Shown here: piece by piece, positions 30,600 through 38,468 of the stretch | Numbering within the stretch: the first letter of the stretch is position 1 | How the letters are laid out: each line of letters starts with the position of its first letter | Origin: Candidatus Fraserbacteria bacterium | GTDB taxonomy: Bacteria; Bipolaricaulota; Bipolaricaulia; RBG-16-55-9; DRXL01 | Reading direction: 5' to 3' | Length of the DNA stretch: 64,000 nucleotides | Assembly: GCA_947085185.1 (NCBI GenBank) | Contig: CAMTVK010000001.1 | Location: forward strand, 32,001 to 96,000 | Notes under the pieces: generated by a model | What the model was told of the DNA's origin: nothing | Database searches by the model: none | The model's input: the letters and a program-made list of their open reading frames with translations, nothing else | Position numbers and translations under genes: made by a program

Positions 30600-32266
30600 T
30601 TGGAACTTCGCCCCTTGCGCTTCAGTCGGCTCTTGCGGGCGTAGGCCGGATACTTCTCGTACACTACCCGGAGCAAAGCGTTGTGGTCGAGGTCGCCGTA
30701 GGTGTCGATGATCGTCGCCGCGTCCTCCTTGAGGTCATCAGGTAGCTCGCCGAGCGCCTCCTGGGCCTTCGCTGGATCGATTAGCACGATCCTTGTCTTG
30801 TCCTCATCTGGGTCACTCTCCACGCGCACCAGGCCTTCATCTTGCAGCGCTTGGAGATCGGCGTAGAGTTCCTTGGCGAACGGGCCGTAATGGTAGGGGA
30901 CGAAGTGGTAGAGACGCCTGCGTGCTGCGTTGCCTTCCATTTGAACGAGGAAGGCGTACTTCATGAGCGCCGTTACCAGCACCTCGGTTGCCGCCCGGCG
31001 GGCGCGTTTTGCCTTCTCCATAAGCAAAGCCAGAACCAGCAGCCTCGGCAGGCGTTCGTGCAGCGCCTTCTGGGCGGCGATCCACTCCGCATTGGCCGCC
31101 TCCCATTCGGCAGTCAGCTCGCCGGTGAAGGCTTGAGACATCAGGCTTGTAAAGCATAGTTCCGCCTCTCTAAAAGCCAATGCGTATTTCTTCCGTGTCT
31201 CCGAATAGTGTTCGGCTTGCTGAATGAAATAATCCTGTTGTTGCAACGGTGGCACTGGTACAGCGACCTTCTGCAGGGTCGAAGTCTTAAGGAGCCACTG
31301 GCCCCCGCTGGTTCGCACAGCCAGACGTCCACGAAGAAGGTCCAATGTAGATGGCAACCTCAGGAATGCCGCCAAGAACCCCTTTCTGACGACGGATTCA
31401 TTGGCTCGAAACGCGCATAGGTTTGAATCGAGCACCCACGTCTCGTTCTCTGGCGCGGCGAAGACGTCTGACTTTGCCAGGTGCTCAATACTTCCATTCA
31501 GAGGCGAGAAAACAATATCTCCCGGCAATAGGCGTCCTCTTTCGATCTCACGCGGCGAGGCTTCGATCATCTCGCTCCACGAGAGATCAAGACCCGATAA
31601 AGTAAGGTTTTTAATACGGACAATCGGCACATTCCCCTTAGGAGAGGGACGCTTCGATAGTCCTCTTCTAATGCTCGCGCACTCACCGAGAGGTACTGTC
31701 GGCCACCCCTTTGGATTTGTTGCAGGGTCGCCGAACATCTCCAGAAAGAGCGCGGGCAGGGTTTTGTCCGCCAGCTCCAGCGCCTCCCGCTGCTTGCGGC
31801 GAATCTCGTCGGCCTTCTGGAGGATCTGCACGATACGGTCTTGGACGGGGAGAGGGGGAAGGGGAACAACCTGCTCATACACCCGATCACGGTTGAGTCC
31901 CGGTTTTGTAGTGGTGTCGACGAAGCGGCGAGGGTCAAGCCACTTCAGCAAGTAGTAGACGAAATCGAGGGAGTGAACCCTTGCATCTCTGATCCGGACA
32001 TAGTACGTGGTGTCAATCGGCCAGGATTTTGGCTCTGCGTAATTGATCTCGCCCGCGCTCCCCTTGCGGCCCACAACGATTGTCCGTTCCTCTAGCAGAT
32101 ACTCGTGGGCACGATCTACGAGGCCATTCGAGCCATACACCCCGTAAGGGCCGGGCTTTCGCTTTTGCTCGGGGAATGACTTCCCATACTCCAAGGCAAG
32201 GACGTCGCCCAGTGTGACCGCCGACCACCTTCTGATCGGCTCGGGCTGCTCCCTCTTGCGATTCAT
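30596..32266 (-). CDS. hsdS: Type I RM specificity subunit HsdS fused to a C-terminal Panacea/SocA (DUF4065)-like domain
   Basis: Two TRDs with conserved PPL..Q..I helices, LFLEMFGDP and AFTGELT. Extra ~150 aa with LMKYAFL...YHFVPYHYGPF.KELY.DL..L...VYEKYP. Likely start is the ATG at 32266. Confidence 0.88.
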   Translation of the reverse strand: MNRKREQPEPIRRWSAVTLGDVLALEYGKSFPEQKRKPGPYGVYGSNGLVDRAHEYLLEERTIVVGRKGSAGEINYAEPKSWPIDTTYYVRIRDARVHSLDFVYYLLKWLDPRRFVDTTTKPGLNRDRVYEQVVPLPPLPVQDRIVQILQKADEIRRKQREALELADKTLPALFLEMFGDPATNPKGWPTVPLGECASIRRGLSKRPSPKGNVPIVRIKNLTLSGLDLSWSEMIEASPREIERGRLLPGDIVFSPLNGSIEHLAKSDVFAAPENETWVLDSNLCAFRANESVVRKGFLAAFLRLPSTLDLLRGRLAVRTSGGQWLLKTSTLQKVAVPVPPLQQQDYFIQQAEHYSETRKKYALAFREAELCFTSLMSQAFTGELTAEWEAANAEWIAAQKALHERLPRLLVLALLMEKAKRARRAATEVLVTALMKYAFLVQMEGNAARRRLYHFVPYHYGPFAKELYADLQALQDEGLVRVESDPDEDKTRIVLIDPAKAQEALGELPDDLKEDAATIIDTYGDLDHNALLRVVYEKYPAYARKSRLKRKGRSSK

Positions 32267-32380
32267 CGCCCGGCCTCCCATCCAAGGACGTTCTTGGCTT
32301 GATCGAGAAACCGCAGCGTCTCTGCCGCCTTCAGGTACCTCGCCACGCCGTCCTCGCGGGTATCTTTTGAAACGATGCAT
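32263..32380 (-). pseudogene. Two relics: start of another hsdS and tail of an unknown gene
   Basis: MHRFKRYP|RGRRGEVPEG resembles a shortened HsdS N-terminus (FKRYP.YKDSG..WLGEVP). Another frame reads AETLRFLDQAKNVLGWEAGR-stop, overlapping the hsdS ATG. Confidence 0.5.
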
Positions 32381-32387
32381 ACTTCTA

Positions 32388-32705
32388 TTATCGCTCGCCA
32401 CATGGCGGACTATATTCGCGACGGATTTCCTGCTCGATCGCGGAGCGCCCAGGTTGCTGCAGGTTTGGCGTGTATAAGACGGCCACGTAGAGCGTTACTC
32501 CGCAATTGCGCTGCCAGCAGTCCTTGCGGTCGTGGGTCTCCACCCGGGCTTTCACCTGCGCCGATTCCCCAACGTCTATAACTCGGTAGCAGTTCTGCTG
32601 CGTGGGACACAGAACCACGTAAACACCGGAGCGGTCTTCCAGCCTCCAGGTTTCGGTCAAGGCGTAGGGGCCTTCGAAAGTCCATCTGCCAATTGTGATG
32701 CTCAT
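32388..32705 (-). CDS. Small stand-alone GIY-YIG-like nuclease
   Basis: SGVYVVL...VIDVGES..VKARV..H...E..I...Y.PPC pattern; start overlaps the hsdM stop. Confidence 0.7.
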   Translation of the reverse strand: MSITIGRWTFEGPYALTETWRLEDRSGVYVVLCPTQQNCYRVIDVGESAQVKARVETHDRKDCWQRNCGVTLYVAVLYTPNLQQPGRSAIEQEIRREYSPPCGER

Positions 32706-34351
32706 GGTTCACCCCCGATTGCGTTTGTTGATGATACCTCTGCCAAGTTACTTCCTGATACCATCGCCAAAAGCTGGCGCAGGTCTTCGGTAATCTCCTC
32801 CTCCAGCTCCAGCAGGCGATTGATGAGCACCTCTGGCTTTTCGTGTTCGACCGCCTCGGCCTGGTGCGGGCAGTAGCGGCCAGCGGTGAGGTTGTAGTCC
32901 GTCTTGCGGATATCCTCGATAGTCGCCCACCAGGACTTTTCGCTCTCGAAGTCCTTCAGGCGGTCGGACTTCAGAATCGCCCGTACGCCGCCATCTTTTT
33001 CGTGCCGCCAGGTATACGGCCAACGCTCGACCATGTCTTGCAGGTCCCCGTCCGTGTCGAAGTCCGGCAGTGGCCTGCGAGTTAGTCCCAAATCGCGGCC
33101 GTCACTGTCCACCCGGTAGAACCAGACCTTGGAGGTGCGAACGTCGTCTTTCCCAAGGGGCTTGCGGAAGACGACGACGCTGGTCTTCGCACCGCTATAG
33201 GGGTTGAAGACTCCCCTCGGCAGGCTGATAACACCCAGCACCTCGAACTGCTCCACGAGCTTGCGGCAGATGTTCCGCAGCATCTTCTTCGAGTCGAAGA
33301 GGAGACCCTCCTTGAGCACCACGGCCGCGCGTCCACCGGGCTTGAGTGCGTTCATCATGTGCTGGATGAAGAGCGCCTCGTAGAGCTTGATGTGGTAGTC
33401 GAACTGGGCGAGCCGCTCCTGCTTGGTCGGCCCGAAGGGTGGATTGGCCAGGATCACGTCGTACTTGTTCTTGTGGAGGTCCTGCGCCTTGTTCGAGAGG
33501 CTATCGTCGTTCTGAAGCTGGCTGGAACCGTCTTTGTGCAGGATCATGTTCATTAGGGCCAGCTTGAATACCATGGGGACGTGCTCGACCCCGATGAGAT
33601 GCTTCTCCTTGAGGGCGCGCAGCAGACGCTCCTTCTCCGTCGCGCGGATTTTCTTGCGGTTGATCTTTTCTTTGACCCACTCGAAGGCGCGAACGATGAA
33701 GCCACCCGTGCCACAGGCCGGGTCATAGATCGTTTCGCCGATCTCCGGGTCAATGATCTGGACCATGCGATCCACGACATGGCGGGGCGTGAAGTACTCG
33801 GCGAACTCCGGGTTCTGGCCGAACTGTTGGAGCAGGTATTCGTAGGCGCGGCCGAAGATGTCGTACCGCTCGCCGCTTTCCGTGACGCCGCGCATCATGA
33901 TCTCGCGCAGATTGAGTTCTTTCAACTTCGAGACCAGTGCGCGGATGGTCGTGGTGTACCGGAGGCGGAAAACGGTGCCACTAAAAAGCCGCCGTACGTC
34001 AAAGGTGATGTCGTTGCCGGTCTTATCAACGACTTTGCGGGTGGCAAGGTCGTCGAACATGCGACGGCAGAAATCGACGCTGTCCTCGAAGCCGTTATTC
34101 TTCGCGTACCCGTCCGGGTCGTTGGCCCAGTTGTGGAAGCGGTATATGTTCGGGATAGCGAGCTCCTCGTCGGTCAGTTGGCGGTTCCGTCCTTCCTCTT
34201 GCTCGAGCGTCATCTCGTCCCAGAGCTTGAGGAATAGAAAGAGGCTGAAAGTCTCGAGCCGCTCGATGGCATGAAGTGCATCATCACGAAAGACGTTCGC
34301 GATTTCCCAGAGTTCTTCACCGAACTGATTGAAATCGGGTGTGTTACTCAC
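32702..34351 (-). CDS. hsdM: Type I RM N6-adenine methyltransferase
   Basis: EYFTPRHVV, YDPACGTGGF (motif I), ILANPPF (motif IV), LPRGVF.PY. Confidence 0.95.
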   Translation of the reverse strand: MSNTPDFNQFGEELWEIANVFRDDALHAIERLETFSLFLFLKLWDEMTLEQEEGRNRQLTDEELAIPNIYRFHNWANDPDGYAKNNGFEDSVDFCRRMFDDLATRKVVDKTGNDITFDVRRLFSGTVFRLRYTTTIRALVSKLKELNLREIMMRGVTESGERYDIFGRAYEYLLQQFGQNPEFAEYFTPRHVVDRMVQIIDPEIGETIYDPACGTGGFIVRAFEWVKEKINRKKIRATEKERLLRALKEKHLIGVEHVPMVFKLALMNMILHKDGSSQLQNDDSLSNKAQDLHKNKYDVILANPPFGPTKQERLAQFDYHIKLYEALFIQHMMNALKPGGRAAVVLKEGLLFDSKKMLRNICRKLVEQFEVLGVISLPRGVFNPYSGAKTSVVVFRKPLGKDDVRTSKVWFYRVDSDGRDLGLTRRPLPDFDTDGDLQDMVERWPYTWRHEKDGGVRAILKSDRLKDFESEKSWWATIEDIRKTDYNLTAGRYCPHQAEAVEHEKPEVLINRLLELEEEITEDLRQLLAMVSGSNLAEVSSTNAIGGEP

Positions 34352-36668
34352 GGCTCACCTCCTCTATGGGCGTCCCTGTCTCCAGGGCCAAGGCTTCGTC
34401 CGCCAAGCTGAGAAGCTTGTCCAGCCCGCCGAACAGGGCCTTGATGCGCGGAAGCCCGCCCGCCTGGTCAAGCAGATGGCTTCTCAGGACTTGCTCGGGT
34501 GTGATATCGGGGTTCGCGCGCTTAAAGTCGCAAACCATGAGAACCATCTCCCGCTGCTCGCGGTTGAGGCTCTTTCCCAGCGCCCACTTCTCAAACTCCC
34601 TCCTTCGGTGGAGCGTCTCGAAGTCGGCCTCACCCATGGCTACGGCGATGAAGTCCTCGAGCGTCGCCTCAGGCTCGCCATAGAGATCCCGAAGGCTGGA
34701 GAGGTCGAACCCCATAGTGGCCAAGAAAGAGTGGTCGGGAGGCGTTGGTCCCTTGAAGTACCGCCAGCAGAGGATGGTTTGCGCGAACCGCTGTTTCAAA
34801 CCCTCGCGCTCCATGCCTCCCTTGAGCTGGGTCTCGACCTGCCGGCGGAGTTCCTCCAGGACGGCCGGGGAGATGGTCTCCGAAAAGACCAGGTGAACAG
34901 GTACGTCGGCAATCACCATTCGCTGCTCGCTGCCGCCTTCTTGACCGCCGGGGCCGCCACCTGCAGCGCCTTCACCGGCGTCGCCACGCTCGCGCTGGAT
35001 GATCTCCTCCTCTTCCTGCTCGACCGGCTCGTCCACGACGCCCGGGGTGTCGTTCGTGATGGCGGGCTCAAGCCTCGTGATATCCACGAAGTCGACCAGC
35101 TTGTAAAACTCCTTGCCGGTGTCCCGGCACTTCCGAGTGCCCCGTCCCTTCATCTGCACATAGAGCACCTTGGATTTCGTCGGCCGGGCCATCAGCAGGA
35201 CTTCCACGTCCGGCGCATCGATTCCAGTATCCAGCATTCCGACACCCACAAGGACAATGGGGCGGGGTGCCATATTAGGGTCCTTGTGCGCCTGATCGAT
35301 GATGGCCTTGCGCTCTTCTGGCCCGGTGACCTTTTGGAATTCCTCAATCAGGCCGCTCGCGCCCGGCATCTCGTTGTGGACCGCAACGATGAACTTCTCC
35401 GCCGACGCGTCGTTGGGTGGGAGGTTGTTCAGCTCGTTGTACTTCTCGATCAGCGCATAGCGTAGGTTCTTCGCGTGGGCGATGGAGGCCGCGAAAACGA
35501 TGGTTTTCACCGGCTGGCGAGTGCCGAGGATCTCAAAGTACTTCTCGGCGATGAGCTGATTGCGCTGCGGGACGTCCACGGCGCGGCCGAGCTGTTCGGG
35601 CTCGAAGTCGAATCCCATATCATGGACGCCTTCGAGGTCCACATTCGTGTGGAACTTGAAGTGAATGCACGAAGCGAGTCGCTCCCACTCCGGAACCTCG
35701 GGATTTGTCTCCCCCTGGCGGATGGTGTATCGATAAATGGGTCCGCGGTATTGCCCCGGATCGGTAAAGAAGCGATCCGTGTTGACGGTCTCCTTGTCGG
35801 AGGGGGTCGCAGTCAACCCCAGGAGAATCGCGCCTCCCTTGGCAAAATGGTCGAGCACGCCGTACCAGTCGCCGAAGTATGACCGGTGACACTCGTCCAG
35901 AATGACGAGATTGAAATGGTCAGGGGCGTAGGTGAGGTACTTGCTGCGGACTGCCATGTGCTGGATGGTGGTCACGAGTATGTCGCGGTGCTTGTCTTCT
36001 TTTCCGCCGGTTGCTCGTTCGATGTTGAAGTTATCACCGAGGTGCGTCTTGAACTTCCTCACCGTCTGGATTGCCAGGGCGTCACGATCCACGAGGAACA
36101 GCGTCCGCCTAATCAGGCCGACCGACCAGAGCTTGGCGATCACGCCCGCGGCCGTAATCGTCTTGCCGGTGCCGGTCGCCATCTGGAGATACATCCGGCG
36201 GCGCCCGGCCTGGACCGCGCCGAGCACCTGAGACACCGCCACCCGCTGGTAGTCCCGGAGGGTGCCATGCAACTCCACCGCTTGCGGCCTGAAGAACTCG
36301 CCGAATTCTGCGGGTGTTGGGAACTGCTGGATGCGCTCCGGCAGCGTGTTGGCCTTGAGGTTCTGGCGAAGATAGATCTTCCCATCGCTCGCGAAGAGGA
36401 GGGGGATGTCGTGTCCGGTGTTCCGCTTATAGGCCCTGGCGTAACCCTTGGCTTGATCGAGCGCAGCCCAGAGGTCCTTCCCAGGCTTCTTCGCTTCGAG
36501 GATGGCCACGATACGACCATCGTGAAAGAAGACGCGGTCGGCTTCTTCCCCGTCCAGGTGTTCGCGCCAGCGCTTGCGGGTGACCGTAAAGTCCGTGACG
36601 TCCCAGCCACGCTCTCGAAGGTGGGCTTCGATCAGAAGCTCGGCTTCGTCCTCGTTGATCGGTTTCAT
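34344..36668 (-). CDS. hsdR: Type I restriction subunit (nuclease + DEAD-box motor)
   Basis: AD..F....AILEAKK nuclease motif, [33 protein letters not shown]. Confidence 0.93.
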   Translation of the reverse strand: MKPINEDEAELLIEAHLRERGWDVTDFTVTRKRWREHLDGEEADRVFFHDGRIVAILEAKKPGKDLWAALDQAKGYARAYKRNTGHDIPLLFASDGKIYLRQNLKANTLPERIQQFPTPAEFGEFFRPQAVELHGTLRDYQRVAVSQVLGAVQAGRRRMYLQMATGTGKTITAAGVIAKLWSVGLIRRTLFLVDRDALAIQTVRKFKTHLGDNFNIERATGGKEDKHRDILVTTIQHMAVRSKYLTYAPDHFNLVILDECHRSYFGDWYGVLDHFAKGGAILLGLTATPSDKETVNTDRFFTDPGQYRGPIYRYTIRQGETNPEVPEWERLASCIHFKFHTNVDLEGVHDMGFDFEPEQLGRAVDVPQRNQLIAEKYFEILGTRQPVKTIVFAASIAHAKNLRYALIEKYNELNNLPPNDASAEKFIVAVHNEMPGASGLIEEFQKVTGPEERKAIIDQAHKDPNMAPRPIVLVGVGMLDTGIDAPDVEVLLMARPTKSKVLYVQMKGRGTRKCRDTGKEFYKLVDFVDITRLEPAITNDTPGVVDEPVEQEEEEIIQRERGDAGEGAAGGGPGGQEGGSEQRMVIADVPVHLVFSETISPAVLEELRRQVETQLKGGMEREGLKQRFAQTILCWRYFKGPTPPDHSFLATMGFDLSSLRDLYGEPEATLEDFIAVAMGEADFETLHRRREFEKWALGKSLNREQREMVLMVCDFKRANPDITPEQVLRSHLLDQAGGLPRIKALFGGLDKLLSLADEALALETGTPIEEVSRE

Positions 36669-36945
36669 CGTGCACTCCCTAGGAAACTTGTTTCACGGAT
36701 TCCCCGGACAGGCGCTACGTGCCGCACCCGGCCAGGGGTCGCATTACGCAACCTTTCCGAAAGTCTTGGGCCATGGGATCTCGGGGACCGCGTCGCTGGC
36801 GTCGTCGGGCAAGGCCCTGCGGCAGAGCGGATAGCCTTCGAGCGTCTCGCGTAAGCGTTGCTTGGAGCCCTCAAAGGGGCGCCTCCTGCCGTAGCACTCT
36901 TGCAGAAGCCGGGCACGTCCCGGTATTCGCCCGCGTCCTTGTCGC

Positions 36946-36982
36946 CGCCTGCCTGCCGCGCTCCGCTTGGCGCAGGCAGGCG
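36946..36982. repeat. Palindromic insert in hsdM (CGCCTGCCTGC...GCAGGCAGGCG)
   Basis: Perfect 11-bp inverted repeat with a 15-nt loop, read in frame as [12 protein letters not shown]. Confidence 0.8.
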
Positions 36983-37107
36983 CCAGGCGTGGTAGGTGTC
37001 GGCGATCTTGCGAATGTCCTCGTCGGTGAGCTCGCGGTGGGTGCGGTCCACCATCTGCCCCATCTTGCGCGCGTCGATGAAGAGGACCTGGCCGCGGCGG
37101 TCGCGGT

Positions 37108-37148
37108 CCTCACCCCCAGCCCCTCTCCCTCTGGGAGAGGGGAGAGAG
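37108..37148. repeat. CCTCACCCCC-AG-CCCCTCTCCC-TCT-GGGAGAGGGG hairpin element in hsdM
   Basis: 10-bp stem with a 3-nt loop, read in frame as [13 protein letters not shown]. Confidence 0.8.
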
Positions 37149-38206
37149 CGTTTGTCCCGCGCGAGGAACCACAGGCAGGCGGGGATCTGGGTGGAGTAAA
37201 AGAGCTTGTCCGGTAGGGCCACCATGCAGTCCACCAGGTCGGCCTCGATGATGTTCTTGCGGATCTCGCCCTCGCCCGACTGACCCGAGGACATGGAGCC
37301 GCCCTCGAGCACGAAGCCGGCGAGGCCCGTGGGCACCAGGTGGCGGATCATGTGCTGGACCCAGGCGAAGTTGGCGTTGCCGGCGGGCGGCACGCCGAAC
37401 TTCCAGCGCTTGTCCTCCCGCAGGTGTTCCCCGCCCCAGTTCTTCATGTTGAAGGGCGGATTAGCCAGGATGTAGTCGGCCTTGAGGTCTGGAAAGCAGT
37501 CGTTGAGGAACGAGTCGCCCTGCTCGATCCGCCCGTCGATCCCACGGATAGCCAGGTTCATCTTCGCCAGGCGCCAGGTGGTGTAGAACGGCTCCAGCAT
37601 CTCCACGAGCAGCTTGACCACGCAGCGCGGGGTGTAGAACTCACCGCCCTTTTTGCCCTCGGCGCTCGCAAATTGCCCGAGGAAGTACTCGTACACCCGA
37701 CCCAGGATGTCGCGGGCGTGGTTGTCGCCACCTGCCAGGTGGATGTTGGAGACAAGGTCGATGAGCTGGCCGAGTCGTTGCTTGTCGAGCGCAGGGCGGG
37801 CGTAGTCCTTGGGGAGGACGCCCTTGAGGGAAGGGTTGTCCCGCTCGATGGCGGCCATGGCGTTGTCCACGAGCTCGCCGATGTGAGGCTGTCGGGCGTT
37901 CTTCTTGAGGTGCTCCCAGCGAGCCTCGGGCGGGACCCAGAAGATGTTCTCCGCCCGGTACTCGTCGGGATCCTCGGGGTCGGCTCCTTGGTCTCGTTCG
38001 GCTTCCAGTTTGATACGGTGGGCTTCAAAAGCATCGGAAATGTACTTAAGAAAGATTAGCCCCAAGACGACATGCTTGTACTCAGCCGCGTCCATGGACC
38101 CCCGTAAGGCGTTGGCAGCAGCCCAAAGCTGAACCTCAAAACCGAGGTTGGCAGAGGATGCATTGCCCCGTATTGGTTTTGTCCCCTTATTGGCCATATT
38201 ATGCCC

Positions 38207-38238
38207 TCTCCTTCGCTCGCTATATTATAAAAGCGAGC
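38207..38238 (-). promoter_or_regulatory. Palindrome-flanked -10 box upstream of hsdM (copy 2)
   Basis: GCTCGCT-N10 (contains TATAAT)-AGCGAGC followed by GAAGGAGA. Confidence 0.65.
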
Positions 38239-38313
38239 CTCATAAAAACAAAAGAGGGGGAGTCCAAAGATAAAAAATCCGCAGCGCTCGCAAGAGAAGC
38301 ACTTCTGGGAAGC

Positions 38314-38388
38314 TGGCTCCTCGGGCAGGATTCGAACCTGCGACCCACCGGTTAACAGCCGGTTGCTCTACCGCTGAGCTACCGAGGA
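38314..38388 (-). tRNA. tRNA-Asn(GTT)
   Basis: TCCTCGGTAGCTCAGCGGTAGAGC...CT GTT AA...GGTTCGAATCC...GAGGAGCCA cloverleaf with encoded CCA; TTGACC-18-TATAAT promoter upstream. Confidence 0.97.
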
Positions 38389-38468
38389 ATTTCGTATTAT
38401 TATAGCATAGGAGGCCGGGCCAGGTCAACCCCGCGAGTTGACTCATTGAAACTGTTACCGAACGGGGG

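Larger units (their letters stand above)
36665..38197 (-). pseudogene. hsdM: Second type I HsdM with the SAM-binding motif deleted in frame and the C-terminus replaced
   Basis: [19 protein letters not shown] and [16 protein letters not shown] joined directly to [16 protein letters not shown] (no DPxCGSGG). NPPF is retained. Homology ends after GFCKSAT. Confidence 0.88.
19509..38313. mobile_element. Decayed mosaic defence/accessory island abutting the 3' end of tRNA-Asn
   Basis: RM genes, RAYT and many gene relics, almost all on the minus strand, with a codon style different from the flanks. No integrase or att duplication found. Confidence 0.65.
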
